From the NCBI GenBank assembly GCA_965205265.1, contig CBDBGH010000003.1, forward strand, positions 2,912,001 through 2,976,000: a stretch of 64,000 nt of DNA, read 5' to 3'. How positions within the stretch are numbered: position 1 is the first letter of the stretch; each line of letters begins with the position of its first letter. Below, in pieces: positions 36,093 through 46,667 of the stretch. The DNA comes from Alphaproteobacteria bacterium (GTDB taxonomy: Bacteria > Pseudomonadota > Alphaproteobacteria > Bin95). Made by a program: the position numbers and the translations under genes. The notes beneath the pieces were generated by a model. It was given only the letters and a program-made list of their open reading frames with translations. It made no database searches and had not been told where the DNA came from.

Positions 36093-37001
36093 TCACGCCA
36101 GGGCATAGCGCGAGTCGGGGCCCGGCGGATCGTCGCCGCAGGCCGCGCGCCCGTCCTCGACCATATGCAGCAGATGCGAGAGCACGGAGCGCCCGGCGGC
36201 GCGGTGCAGGCCCGGATCGACATCGGTGTAGATGCGCCGGACCATCTCCGGAATCGCCGCCACGCCGGCTTCGAGGCAGGCCAGGATTTCCCGCTCGCGC
36301 TCCTGCCTGTGCGCGATGAAGGCGTCGACGAACGGCCCCGGCTCGGCGATCGGCGGGCCGTGCCCCGGCCACCAGGGGGTTTCCGTGCGCGCCCGCACCT
36401 TGCCGAGGCTCGCCATGTAGTGGGCCATGTCGCCGTCCGGCGGCGAGACGATGGAGGTGGACCAGCCCATCACATGGTCGCCGCTGAACAGCGAGCCTTC
36501 CTCAGTGAGCGCGAAGCAGAGATGGTTGGAGATATGCCCCGGCGTGAACAGGGCCTCCAGGGTCCAGCCCTTGCCCTCGATGCGCCCGCCGTCGGGCAGG
36601 CGGATGTCGGGGTTGAAGTTCGTGTCGCCGCCCTCGGGCGAGTCGAAAGGCCAGTTGCGCCGGGCGCCGATGCCGTGCGGGCCGTAGCCGCAAAGCGGCG
36701 CGCCGGTCGCCGACTTGAGCGCGGCGCAGCCGGGCGAGTGGTCGCGGTGGGTGTGGGTCGCGACGATATGGGTCACGGTCTCGCCGCTGAGCGCCTCCAG
36801 GATCGCCTGCGTATGGGCGGCGTCCTCCGGCCCGGGGTCGATCACCGCCACCTCGCCGCGTCCAACGATATAGGTGTTCGTGCCCTTGAAGGTGAACAGG
36901 CTCGGATTGGCGCTGGTGATGCGCCGCACCAGCGGCGTCAGCTCATAGACGCGCTCCGGCTCGATATCGAAGTCCCGGTAGAACGGAATCGGCGCGGCCA
37001 T
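36093..37001 (-). CDS. MBL-fold metallo-hydrolase (LACTB2-like)
   Basis: [30 protein letters not shown]. Confidence 0.92.
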   Translation of the reverse strand: MAAPIPFYRDFDIEPERVYELTPLVRRITSANPSLFTFKGTNTYIVGRGEVAVIDPGPEDAAHTQAILEALSGETVTHIVATHTHRDHSPGCAALKSATGAPLCGYGPHGIGARRNWPFDSPEGGDTNFNPDIRLPDGGRIEGKGWTLEALFTPGHISNHLCFALTEEGSLFSGDHVMGWSTSIVSPPDGDMAHYMASLGKVRARTETPWWPGHGPPIAEPGPFVDAFIAHRQEREREILACLEAGVAAIPEMVRRIYTDVDPGLHRAAGRSVLSHLLHMVEDGRAACGDDPPGPDSRYALA

Positions 37002-37070
37002 GGCTTTCTCGTCGGGGTTACGGTCGCGCACCGGATTGATGGTCCGCTGGCCTGCTGCTATCAATTGTGC

Positions 37071-37739
37071 ATGCGCCGGTCAACGCGGATCGCCCCGTCG
37101 ATACTCTCCGCCGACTTCGCGGAACTCGGGGCCGCCGTGGACGCTCTGGCTGCGGCCGGGGCCGACTATATTCATATCGATGTCATGGACGGCCATTTCG
37201 TCCCCAACCTCACCATCGGCCCGGCGGTGGTGAAAGCGCTCCGCAAGCGCACCGACCGGATTTTCGACACGCACCTGATGATCTCGCCGCTCGACCCGCT
37301 GCTGCCCGAATTCCTCGACGCGGGGGCAGACATCGTGACCGTCCATGCCGAGGCGGGGCCGCATCTCCACCGGAGCGTCCAGCGGATCAGGGAGGCGGGC
37401 CGTCGGGCGGGCGTGGCGCTCAATCCCGGCACGCCGGCCAGCGCCGTCGATGCCGTGCTCGGCGATATCGACCTCGTGCTGGCGATGACGGTCGATCCGG
37501 GTTTCGGCGGCCAGAGCTTCCTGTCGGCCCAATGCGCCAAGATCGCCCAGCTGCGCGCCCGCATCGACGAGTCGGGCCGGGAGATCGACCTGGAGGTGGA
37601 CGGCGGCATCACGGACGAGACGGCGGCGCAAGTGCGGGCCGCCGGCGCCGATGTGCTGGTCGCGGGCAGCTTCGTCTTCGCCGACGGCCTCAAGGGCTGC
37701 GCCGGGCGCATCCGCCGGTTGCGCGAGGCCGCGCCTTGA
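37071..37739 (+). CDS. rpe: ribulose-phosphate 3-epimerase
   Basis: [33 protein letters not shown]. Confidence 0.97.
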   Translation: MRRSTRIAPSILSADFAELGAAVDALAAAGADYIHIDVMDGHFVPNLTIGPAVVKALRKRTDRIFDTHLMISPLDPLLPEFLDAGADIVTVHAEAGPHLHRSVQRIREAGRRAGVALNPGTPASAVDAVLGDIDLVLAMTVDPGFGGQSFLSAQCAKIAQLRARIDESGREIDLEVDGGITDETAAQVRAAGADVLVAGSFVFADGLKGCAGRIRRLREAAP

Positions 37740-39304
37740 TCGGCCTGCCCGGCCGCCTGGCGGCGCGGCGCCTCTTTCCTGCGGGGCTTTCAAGACGGGC
37801 CGGCGGCGGCGCGCGCAGCCTCGCAAACGCGCCGCGCGACCTCTGGCCCGGCGTCTCGGACCGGGGGGCGGCGCTGCTGAACGACGGCGGACGGCAGGCG
37901 GCGGCGCTGGAAGCCCGGCCGGAGGACAATACCGCGCTGCTGCTGCACCGCTTCGACTGGCTGCGCCATCTGCGCGCCATCGGCGGCGACCAGGGCCGGC
38001 GCGAAGCGCGGCGGCTGGTGCTGCTCTGGCTCGAGGCGCACGGCTCGGGCCGCGGCGAGGTCTGGCGCGCAGACATCGCCGGCGCGCGGCTCTATTCCTG
38101 GCTCGGCAGTTTTGAGTTCTTCGCCGCAAGCGCGGGAGAGCTTTTCCGCGCCCGCGTCATCGAGAGCATAGGCATGCACGCCCGGCAGCTTGCGCGCGGC
38201 ATCGAAACGGCCCCGGAGGGCGCGCCGCGCCTCGCCGCGCTCGCGGGCGCGCTTGCCGCCGCCATCGCCTTCGGGCAGCAGCCGGGGACGCTGTTGCGCC
38301 GGATCGAGCGCACGCTCGACGAGCAGTTCTTCGCCGACGGCTTCCACCGCTCGCGCAACCCGGTGGCGCAATTGTCGGCGCTGCGCCGGCTGATCGAGGT
38401 CCAGGGCCTCTTGCGCGCGGCCGGCATTGCGCCCCCGGAACGCCTGGCCGAGACCATCCGCGACGCCGGACCGCCGCTCACCTTCTTCCGCCACGGAGAC
38501 AAGCGGCTCGCCTGCTTCCATGGCGGGCACGAGTCGGAGAGCGAACTAGTCGATCTGGCGCTGGCCCGGGTTGACCGCCATGCGCGCCCACCGACGCGCA
38601 GCATCGAGGCGGGCTTCGACCGGCTCCAGGCGGGGCGCACGCTGGTGCTGGTGGACAGCGGCCTGCCGACGGCCAAGGGTTTCGACCGGGGCGGCCATTC
38701 GAGCCCGCTTGCGATGGAATTCAGCGACGGGCCCCGGCGCATCGTGGTCAATTGCGGCGCGCCGGCCGACGGCTCCGAGCCGTGGAACGAGCTCGCGCGC
38801 GCCACCGCCGCCCATTCCACGCTGACGGTGAACGACGTGCATGCCGTCGAGATCGACGAGGGCGGCGGCGTGCGCGCGGGCGGCCTCCATGTCGAGGCGC
38901 GGCGCACGGAGGCCGAAGGCGGCTTCTGGCTCGACCTCAGCCATGACGGCTATGCCGCGCCCTTCGGCCTCATCCATCGCCGCCGGCTCTATCTCACGCG
39001 CCAGGGCGGCGACCTGCGCGGCGAGGATCTGCTGGAAGGCGGCGCCGGCTGGCCCTTCAGCCTGCGCTTCCACCTCCACCCCGACGTGGAGGCGAAGCTG
39101 GAAGCGGGCGCGGTGCAACTGACGCTGCCGAACGGCCAGCAATGGAGCTTCCGCGCCTCCGGCGGCCGGATCGGCCTCGCCAGCAGCATCTATCTCGGCG
39201 AAGGCCGCCCCCGAAACACCGACGCCATCCTCATCGAAGGCCGCACGGACGCGGACGGGGCGGCGGTGAAATGGGCGTTCCGGGCGGCGGGGCGCGGGGG
39301 GTAG
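37736..39304 (+). CDS. heparinase II/III family protein
   Basis: [41 protein letters not shown]; TTG overlapping rpe stop. Confidence 0.88.
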   Translation: MIGLPGRLAARRLFPAGLSRRAGGGARSLANAPRDLWPGVSDRGAALLNDGGRQAAALEARPEDNTALLLHRFDWLRHLRAIGGDQGRREARRLVLLWLEAHGSGRGEVWRADIAGARLYSWLGSFEFFAASAGELFRARVIESIGMHARQLARGIETAPEGAPRLAALAGALAAAIAFGQQPGTLLRRIERTLDEQFFADGFHRSRNPVAQLSALRRLIEVQGLLRAAGIAPPERLAETIRDAGPPLTFFRHGDKRLACFHGGHESESELVDLALARVDRHARPPTRSIEAGFDRLQAGRTLVLVDSGLPTAKGFDRGGHSSPLAMEFSDGPRRIVVNCGAPADGSEPWNELARATAAHSTLTVNDVHAVEIDEGGGVRAGGLHVEARRTEAEGGFWLDLSHDGYAAPFGLIHRRRLYLTRQGGDLRGEDLLEGGAGWPFSLRFHLHPDVEAKLEAGAVQLTLPNGQQWSFRASGGRIGLASSIYLGEGRPRNTDAILIEGRTDADGAAVKWAFRAAGRGG

Positions 39305-39333
39305 AGAGACGTGAACGAAACGGGAGGCGCGCC

Positions 39334-39555
39334 GTGAACAGGCAACTGACCGCCATCGTCGAACGGGAAGGCGACGGCTATGTCGCCCTCTGTCCGGAAA
39401 TGGATATCGCGAGCCAGGGCGACACCGTAGCCGAAGCCCGCGACAACCTCGCCGAAGCGCTGGCGCTGTTCTTCGAGACCGCGCCGGAAGAGGAAGTCTC
39501 GCGGCGGCTCAAGAGCGAAGTTTACGTGACCCAGGTCGAGGTGGCCGTTGGCTAG
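39334..39555 (+). CDS. HicB-like antitoxin (short form)
   Basis: EREGDGYVALCPEMDIASQGDTVAEARDNLAEA. Confidence 0.9.
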   Translation: MNRQLTAIVEREGDGYVALCPEMDIASQGDTVAEARDNLAEALALFFETAPEEEVSRRLKSEVYVTQVEVAVG

Positions 39556-39766
39556 GCTGCGCATTCTGTCTGGCCGGGAGGCTTGCCGTATCCTGTCGGC
39601 ACACGGTTTCGAAGAGGTAAGGAGGCGCGGCAGCCACGTCGTGATGCAAAAGGCGGACCCGGATGGAACAACCACAGTCCCGGTCCCGGATCACGCAGAA
39701 CTGCGAATCGGCACATTGATGTCGATCATTCGCCAGTCCGGCGTGCCCCGTTCGGAATTCGAATAG
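39548..39766 (+). CDS. HicA-like toxin
   Basis: LSGRE, GF..VRRRGSH, VPVPDH.EL.IGTL.SIIRQ. Confidence 0.92.
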   Translation: MARLRILSGREACRILSAHGFEEVRRRGSHVVMQKADPDGTTTVPVPDHAELRIGTLMSIIRQSGVPRSEFE

Positions 39767-39864
39767 AACAGCCAAGGCAGGGCTCGTTGCTCTACCGATA
39801 TCGTTCAGGCTGAGTGCCGGGGCGCTGCCGCGAGCGGCATGGAGAGCGTTCCGCCCGAACCTTG

Positions 39865-40600
39865 TCAGTGCGCGTGTCTCTCGTGGCGCCAGGACAGGAT
39901 TTCGGAGGTTGTCACGGGTTTCTGCTTCGCCCGTTCCCGGCGGAGGTCGGCGCAGAAGCGGCCGAGGCGCATGCGCTTCGATTCGGCGAAGGCGGCGGGG
40001 GCGAGATCGCAGAGGCTGAGGAGCTTTTCCCACGCCATGTCCTCGATCTCCGCCTTCGGGCCGGTTTCGTGGACGAGGCCGAGGCTCCGGCCCTCCTCGG
40101 CGTGGATGAGCCGGCCGGTATAGATCAGGTCCGAGGCGGCGAAATCGCCGGCGACGAAGCGCAGCAATTGGTCGCCGTAGTAAGGGTTGGGCACGCCCAG
40201 CAGGATTTCCGGCTTGCCGATGAGCACGCGGCCCGCGGCGGCGTAGCGGTAGTCGCAGGCGAGGAACATGGCGAGCCCCGCGCCGATCGCATGGCCCCGG
40301 ATCGCGCCCACCACAGGCGCCGGCGCTTCCAGCAGCGCCAGGATGAGCCGGCCCAACTCCTGGAACATCTCGCGGATCGACTCGCGCGGCTCTCCCAGCG
40401 CCCAGTCGAGATCGACGCCGTTCGAAAAGAACCTCCCGCCGCCCGCCAGCAAGGTGCCGCGGGCGCCCTGCCCGGCTTCCTCCACCGCGTCCGCAGGCTC
40501 GCGGATGAACGATGTCGTGAGCGCATTGGCTTCGCCCCGGGCAAGACGGATGCAGACGCAGCCGTCGCGGCGTTCAAGCGAAATGTCGGTCGAGGCGTAA
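39865..40600 (-). pseudogene. enoyl-CoA hydratase/isomerase, probably degraded
   Basis: FFSNGVDL, GHAIGAG, PEILLGV; crotonase-like N-terminus upstream of 40485 lacks a canonical start, C-terminus atypical. Confidence 0.55.
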
Positions 40601-40609
40601 TCCCTGCCC

Positions 40610-42031
40610 TCAGCCCGGCGCCCGCCGCTTCAGCCGCACCTTGAGCCCGGCGGGCAGCATGGTGAAGGCCAGATGCTCCTGGACCCGCTCGCGGGGCGTG
40701 ACCGGCTCAAGGTCGAAATTGCGGCAGAGCATGGCGAGCACCGTGCGGATTTCCAGCAGCGCCAGCGCCCGGCCGGGGCAAAGGCGCGGGCCGCCGCCGA
40801 AGGGCAGGAAGACGCGCCGGTCATGCGGGCTCGGGCGCGTTTCGGGCGGGGCGATCCAGCGTTCCGGATCGAAGCGTTCGCCGTCCGCGAAATGCTCATC
40901 GCGCGTCGCCGCATGGCGGAGCAGCATCATGATCGGCGTGCCCTTCGGGATCAGGCAGCCGAGCATCTCCGTGTCCTCCAGCGGCTCCGCCACATGCATC
41001 GGCGCCACGGGCTTGAGGCGCATCACCTCGTTGCAGAAGGCATCGAGGAAGGGCAGCCGGTTCGCCTGTTCCAGGTCCTCCATGGCCGCCGCCGGCGCCA
41101 GGACCGAATCGACCTCGTCCCGGGCGCGCCCGAACAGGTCCGGATGGAGCGTGAAATAGTGCATCGCCCAGGCGATGCTGTTCGCGGTCGTGTCCTCGCC
41201 GGCGAGCAGCAGGGTGCCGGCATTGGCGAAGATGTCCGCATCCGAGATGCCGGACCCCTCGTCCGCCGCCGCCGCCAGTATCGCCTCCAGGAAGTCGGCG
41301 GGTTCGCGGTCCGGGTCCGCCGCCATGCGCTCCCTGGCGGCGCGCACCATCCCGCCCACCTCGCGCCTTATGGCATCGAGCGCCCGGTCGAGCGCCCGGT
41401 CGGACGGCAGGCGGAACCAGCGCCAGTACATGAAGGGCGCGTTGGTGCGCCGGTGTAGCACCGGGAACACCTTGTCCAGATGGCGCTGGATCACGGGGCC
41501 GGGCGTCTCCAGCGTGTTGGCATCGACGCCGAAGGCAAGCTGCATGGTGACATCGACGGTGAAGCGCATGAGGTCGCTGCAGACATCCACCGGCTCGCCC
41601 CGGTCCGCCGCATCCTCCCAGCGGTGCTGCAGGCGCGCTGCGATCGCGGCGAGTTTCGGGAAGAAGTCCCCGAGCTTGTGGCGGTTGAGCGCGGCGGTGA
41701 CGATCCGGCGCTGGCGGCGCCAGTCCTCGCCCTCGGCGGCGAACACGCCTCTCAGCCCCATTTCCACCGCCACCGCCTCGAGCCGCCGCGTGCGCCGGAA
41801 ACCCTGCGGGCGCTGCACCAGGATGCGCTGGATGGCCGCGCTGTCCGACACCACGGCGATCGGGTGCGGCCCCATGTCGATCCGGAAGAGCGGCCCGTAA
41901 CGGTCCGCCCATTCCTCCAGCGTCAGGTGCAGCCGGTCGAAGCGGAGCCGGTGCAGCACGCCGATCAGGGGCAGGCCCCTGGGGCCGGGAAGGTCGTGAA
42001 GCCCGGTCAGGGCGCTGGCGGTCTCGGTCAT
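40610..42031 (-). CDS. cytochrome P450
   Basis: PGP.GLPLIG, AGEDTTA, EVMR, PERW, PFGGGPRLCPG. Confidence 0.96.
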   Translation of the reverse strand: MTETASALTGLHDLPGPRGLPLIGVLHRLRFDRLHLTLEEWADRYGPLFRIDMGPHPIAVVSDSAAIQRILVQRPQGFRRTRRLEAVAVEMGLRGVFAAEGEDWRRQRRIVTAALNRHKLGDFFPKLAAIAARLQHRWEDAADRGEPVDVCSDLMRFTVDVTMQLAFGVDANTLETPGPVIQRHLDKVFPVLHRRTNAPFMYWRWFRLPSDRALDRALDAIRREVGGMVRAARERMAADPDREPADFLEAILAAAADEGSGISDADIFANAGTLLLAGEDTTANSIAWAMHYFTLHPDLFGRARDEVDSVLAPAAAMEDLEQANRLPFLDAFCNEVMRLKPVAPMHVAEPLEDTEMLGCLIPKGTPIMMLLRHAATRDEHFADGERFDPERWIAPPETRPSPHDRRVFLPFGGGPRLCPGRALALLEIRTVLAMLCRNFDLEPVTPRERVQEHLAFTMLPAGLKVRLKRRAPG

Positions 42032-42442
42032 GGCGCCATTCTACACCGCGCGAGCCCGCTGAACGGCGGCGCAGTATTATTTGAAAATATTATGAGGCAA
42101 AGAAGAAATCGGTATTTGTTCTTTGCATTGCGGCCCTGCGAGACTGCGGATGTCCGCTTCGGAAACCTTCCGCGCCGGGCGCTGGGACTCGAAAGAGACG
42201 GCACAGGCCGCAGAGACGAGAGATGAGTGTTCGGCAAAAGACGGCAGCTTGCGATGCAGGACGCAAACGGAGTGTCGAAGAGAGGCGCGGACAGCGCAGG
42301 ACTCCGGTTACGGAGGTCCCGGCCCGGACTCGGGCCAACATCCTCGACAGTCCCTGCCGGTAGCGGTTTCCTCCACCGCAACCGGCAGCGCAGCCGGCGG
42401 GGCCCCCAACCCGCCGGCTGCATCCTTTTCCGGCCGGGCTAG

Positions 42443-42706
42443 CCCGCATTTTTCACCGGGGTCACGGCCTGCGTCGCTGTCCAGACGTTCGATCCGCAAG
42501 GAGCGGGCCGAAAAGCGTAGCGCTGCCTACGGTTGAGGCCCGCGACGCCGCGGGCGGGCGCCTGGACGCGACCCGAAGGGCGGCGCTGTCGGGCCGGCAT
42601 GGTGCGTCGAGCCGCTTGCCCGATGCCCCGCATCGCGCGGCGCAGCTCTCCTGCCCTGCCGGCCCGACAGCGCCGCGCAGACCATGACCCCGGTGAAAAA
42701 TGCGGG
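42443..42706. mobile_element. 264-bp MITE with terminal inverted repeats flanked by CTAG
   Basis: CCCGCATTTTTCACCGGGGTCA ... TGACCCCGGTGAAAAATGCGGG (22 bp perfect), CTAG at 42439 and 42707. Confidence 0.82.
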
Positions 42707-44203
42707 CTAGGTTCCCCTCACCCATTCCCTCAATTCGTGCTTCCGCGTCTTGCCCATCGCGTTCTTCGGCAGCGCATCGACGAACAGCACCTCCTTCGGG
42801 TGCTTGAAGCGGGCGAGCCGGCCCTCGAAGCGGGCGATAAAGTCCGATGCCGCGATCTTTGCGCCCGCAGCAGGCACGACGACGGCGACCGGCACCTCGC
42901 CCCAGCGCGCGTCCTCGCGCCCGACCACGGCTACATCGGCAATGTCGTCCATCCGGTGGACGAGCTGCTCGATCTCGGCCGGGTAGATGTTCTCCCCGCC
43001 CGAGATCACGATGTCCTTCTTGCGGTCGATGACGAACACGTCGCCGTCTTCGTCGCGGTAAGCCACGTCGCCGGTATGGAACCAGCCGTGCTTCAGCGCG
43101 CGGCGCGTCTCCTCCTCGTTGTTCCAGTATTCACGAAGGACGTTGCCGCCGCGGATGAGGATTTCCCCGGAGACGCCGACCGGGACCTCGTTGCCGTCGT
43201 CACCGGCGATCTTCATCTCGCAGTGGAGCCCGCATTTCCCGGTCGAGCGCGGCTTTCGCAACCCGTCGCCCGGCTTCTGGTAGATCGAGACCGGCGCCGT
43301 CTCCGTCAGCCCGTAGGTCTGGCATACGGGAATGCCGCGCGCCTGCACGGCGTCGATCAGGTGGAGCGGCACGACGGAAGAGCCCGTGGTGAGCAAACGC
43401 AGGCTGGAAAGGTCCGCCTCCGCCCAATCCGGATGGTCGATCGCCGCCTGGATGGTCGCCGGAACCAGGACGAGCTGCGTCGGGCGCTCCCCGACGATCG
43501 CGCGGAGCACCGCCCCGGGCTCGAAGCGGCGGTGCAGGACCACCGTCCCGCCGACATAGAAGGCGGGCGAGGTGAGGATGTTGAGCCCGCCGACATGGAA
43601 CATCGGCAGCACCGTGAGCACGAGGTCGGCGTCCGTCAGCCCGGCATAGTGGACGCAGTTGAGAGCATTGACCTGGATCGCCCGCTGGTCGAGCACCGCG
43701 CCCTTGGGATGGCCCGTGGTGCCCGAGGTATAGACCAGCAGGCAGGGGGTCTCCGGCCCGGCCTCCGGGTCGAAGTCGTCGCCCTTCGCCGTTTCCGCGT
43801 CGCGGGCGATCCTGTCCACGGGGATGACGGCGGTCTCCGGGCAACCCGCCGCCGCCTCGCGTGCCAGCCCCGCATGGCCGGCGTCTGCGACCAGCATCCG
43901 GGGCGCGGAGTCGCCGAGGATCCAGGCAAGTTCCGGCGCCGCCAGGCGCCAGTTGAGCGGCGAGAACATCGCGCCGATCCGCGCGCAGGCGAAGAAGAGC
44001 GCCAGCATCGACGGGCTGTTGAAGCCGAGGAAGGCGACCCGGTCGCCGCGCTCGACCCCGTGGACGGATTTCAGCGCCCGCGCATGGCCGCGGATCGTTT
44101 CCGCGAAGCGGGTGTAGTCGATGTCCTCTCCCTCAAAGCGGATCGCGGTCTTCGACGGGGCGAATGCGGCGTTCTTCTCGACCCATGAGGACAGGTCGTT
44201 CAT
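42707..44203 (-). CDS. acyl-CoA synthetase (AMP-binding)
   Basis: YTSGTTGHPKG, YGLTE, WFHTGD, SGGENIYPAE, LPKNAMGK. Confidence 0.95.
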   Translation of the reverse strand: MNDLSSWVEKNAAFAPSKTAIRFEGEDIDYTRFAETIRGHARALKSVHGVERGDRVAFLGFNSPSMLALFFACARIGAMFSPLNWRLAAPELAWILGDSAPRMLVADAGHAGLAREAAAGCPETAVIPVDRIARDAETAKGDDFDPEAGPETPCLLVYTSGTTGHPKGAVLDQRAIQVNALNCVHYAGLTDADLVLTVLPMFHVGGLNILTSPAFYVGGTVVLHRRFEPGAVLRAIVGERPTQLVLVPATIQAAIDHPDWAEADLSSLRLLTTGSSVVPLHLIDAVQARGIPVCQTYGLTETAPVSIYQKPGDGLRKPRSTGKCGLHCEMKIAGDDGNEVPVGVSGEILIRGGNVLREYWNNEEETRRALKHGWFHTGDVAYRDEDGDVFVIDRKKDIVISGGENIYPAEIEQLVHRMDDIADVAVVGREDARWGEVPVAVVVPAAGAKIAASDFIARFEGRLARFKHPKEVLFVDALPKNAMGKTRKHELREWVRGT

Positions 44204-45456
44204 TCGTCCACCTCGCCGCGCTCGTAGAGCGCCTCGCGCCCGAGCTTGTCGATGCAGAGTTCCGCCGTCCAGGGCAGCATCAGCGAGCCGCAGCGGCTGT
44301 CGCGGTAGAGCCGTTCCAGCGGCAGGCTCTTCAGCATCGACTGCCCGCCGCAGGTGCGGATCGCCTTCTGGCAGAGGTCGTTGGCCGTCTCCATCACCGT
44401 GTACTGGGCGCAGTAGGCGCGCAGCACCGACGCCTTGGACGGGTTGGGGCGGGCCTCGCCCAGCATCTGGAACCAGAGCGCCTTGGCCTGCTCCAGCGCG
44501 ACCAGCATCTCGGCGACGGCGTGCTGCTTGGTCGGGTACATGCGCCGCCTGACCGGCGGCATGCCGGGCACCTCGCCGCGCAGATAGCGCACGGTGAAAT
44601 CATAGGCCGCCTGGGCGATTCCCATATAGGCCGGGGTCAAGGTGGTGAACATGTGCGGCCAGCGGGTCGCCGCCTCGAAATAGACCCCCTTGGGCATCAG
44701 CGCCGCGTCGTCGGACACGAACACGTTTTCGAACAGGAGGTCGCGCGACACCGTCCCGCGCATGCCGAGCGGGTCCCAGTCGCCGATCACGCTCACACCC
44801 TCCGCGTCGGCCGGGACGGCGAAATACATCGTGTCGCGGCGGCTGAGGTTCTCCTTCTTCTCGGTGCAGAGCACGCCGTAATAGTCCGCCGAGCCGGCGA
44901 GCGAGGCGAAGATCTTCTTGCCGTTGATGACCCAGCCGCCGTCCACCCGGTCGGCCAGCGTGCCGAACGGCCGGAAGCCCGCCGCCGCCGCGCCGCCTTC
45001 GGAGAACGGCTGGGCGTAGATCGCGCCCCGGTCCACGATCCGGTCGTAATGCAACGCGCGCCGCCGGTTGTGCCCGCGCCGCTGCGCCGCGGTCATCGGC
45101 AGGTCGTCGGCGAGCGTGCCGGTCCACAGGCACGAGCTTACATGCATGTTGAAGGTGAGCGCCGTCGAGCCGCAGTAGCGGCCGATCTCGGCTGCCATCA
45201 GCGCATAGGTCTTCAGGTCCGCGCCATGCCCGCCATGCTCCTTCGGAACGCAGACGGCGAGCAGGCCCGCCTTGTGCAGGTCCCTGTAATTCGCCATCGG
45301 GAAGACCGCGTCGCGGTCCCACTCTTCGGCGCGCGCCGCGAAGCTATCCTCGCCGAGCCGCCGGGCCGCCGTGCAGAGCGCGGCCTGTTCACCGGTGAGC
45401 CCGTAATAGTCCGGATCGAACATCGGCGCATCGCGTCGCTCATCCCTGGAAGCCAT
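44200..45456 (-). CDS. acyl-CoA dehydrogenase family protein
   Basis: NMH, QPFSE, INGKKIF, LGMRGT, LERLYRDSR. Confidence 0.93.
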   Translation of the reverse strand: MASRDERRDAPMFDPDYYGLTGEQAALCTAARRLGEDSFAARAEEWDRDAVFPMANYRDLHKAGLLAVCVPKEHGGHGADLKTYALMAAEIGRYCGSTALTFNMHVSSCLWTGTLADDLPMTAAQRRGHNRRRALHYDRIVDRGAIYAQPFSEGGAAAAGFRPFGTLADRVDGGWVINGKKIFASLAGSADYYGVLCTEKKENLSRRDTMYFAVPADAEGVSVIGDWDPLGMRGTVSRDLLFENVFVSDDAALMPKGVYFEAATRWPHMFTTLTPAYMGIAQAAYDFTVRYLRGEVPGMPPVRRRMYPTKQHAVAEMLVALEQAKALWFQMLGEARPNPSKASVLRAYCAQYTVMETANDLCQKAIRTCGGQSMLKSLPLERLYRDSRCGSLMLPWTAELCIDKLGREALYERGEVDE

Positions 45457-45475
45457 CGCCCTGCCCTCCCTCCGC

Positions 45476-46516
45476 TCAGGAATCGACCAGCCGTCCGGCC
45501 TCGACCACCTTCACCCCGTCGAGGCTCACCGTGCAGTTGCGCATCGGCAGGTCGAAATGACCGAGCGTGTGGCGGTTGGCGAACTCGTTGGCTCCGGTCG
45601 AGTAGAGGAAATTGCCCGCGAAGGCGCGGATCTCGGTGCCGTTGAAGTCGCGCTGGTCGTACATGGCGAGCGCCTCGTAGCGGGCCGCCTCGTTCAACCC
45701 CCACCCGACATGCGAGGTGGCGTAGGCCTCGCGGTCGCCCCAGGCGGCCCAGTAGCGCCGGAAAAGCTCGGCATCGGTGCCTTCGCCCTCGATTCCGGTG
45801 ACGTAGTCGTCCTCGATGGTGAGCGCCACAGGCGCCTCGAGATAGCGCTTGAAGGTCAGGTTGACATCGCCGGTATCGAGCACCAGCCGGCCCCGGACGG
45901 AACCGGCGGCGGGAAAGGCGACGACGATCCCGCCCGGCCAGTGGGCAACCGTCTTCGGCCGGTCGCAATAGCCCCAGACCCCGGCGCTCGGCGCGCCCTC
46001 CAGCGCGACGGTGAGGTCGGAGCCGGCCTCGGAGGTTACCCGCATCTCCTTCGCCGCCCGGACCCGTTTCACCGCCGCCTTGACGCGCTCGGTGAGCGCG
46101 GGGTCGGGCAACAGGCGTTCGAGAGCGTCCGGGTGCTCGTTGGAGATCATCAGCAGCCGCGCGCCGTCGGCGATGATGTCCGGCAGTTCCGGCGCATGGA
46201 GCATTCCCTCCACCGTAACATCGACGACGAGGGAGCTGGCGGCGAGCGCCCTGATCGCCGGCCCCAGCCCCTGCAGGGCGGGCGACGAACCGGTGGAGCG
46301 CACCGGCACGGGAGCGGTCTGGGGCGGCGAGACAACCGTGACATGGAACGGCCGCGCGCCGCGCCGGAGCAGCGCAAGCTCGGCCAGCTCGACATTGAGC
46401 CGCCGCGACTGGGTCTCCGAAAGGATCGCGACTTCCTCGCCCTTCCCGACCTTGCACAGGCCGAAGACAGTGTCGAATGCCGCGATCCAGCGTTCCTCTA
46501 TGCGATCGGTGAACAC
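45476..46516 (-). CDS. M29-fold protein, 2,5-dihydroxypyridine dioxygenase (NicX)-like
   Basis: HWPGG, SHVGWGLN, RAFAGNFLYSTG, HFDLPMRNC. Confidence 0.7.
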   Translation of the reverse strand: MFTDRIEERWIAAFDTVFGLCKVGKGEEVAILSETQSRRLNVELAELALLRRGARPFHVTVVSPPQTAPVPVRSTGSSPALQGLGPAIRALAASSLVVDVTVEGMLHAPELPDIIADGARLLMISNEHPDALERLLPDPALTERVKAAVKRVRAAKEMRVTSEAGSDLTVALEGAPSAGVWGYCDRPKTVAHWPGGIVVAFPAAGSVRGRLVLDTGDVNLTFKRYLEAPVALTIEDDYVTGIEGEGTDAELFRRYWAAWGDREAYATSHVGWGLNEAARYEALAMYDQRDFNGTEIRAFAGNFLYSTGANEFANRHTLGHFDLPMRNCTVSLDGVKVVEAGRLVDS

Positions 46517-46667
46517 GTCCGGCTCCTCCTTCCCGTTACAGGCGTCGCCCGTCCGGCATTTGTAGCATCGCCGGCGCGTTCATGGTCTTCCATGAGCCGA
46601 GGAAAAGGGCGCGGCTCCGCGGGCGCCCGAAGGAACCGGAACCCGGCGCAATCCGGAAGGCGGCCGC

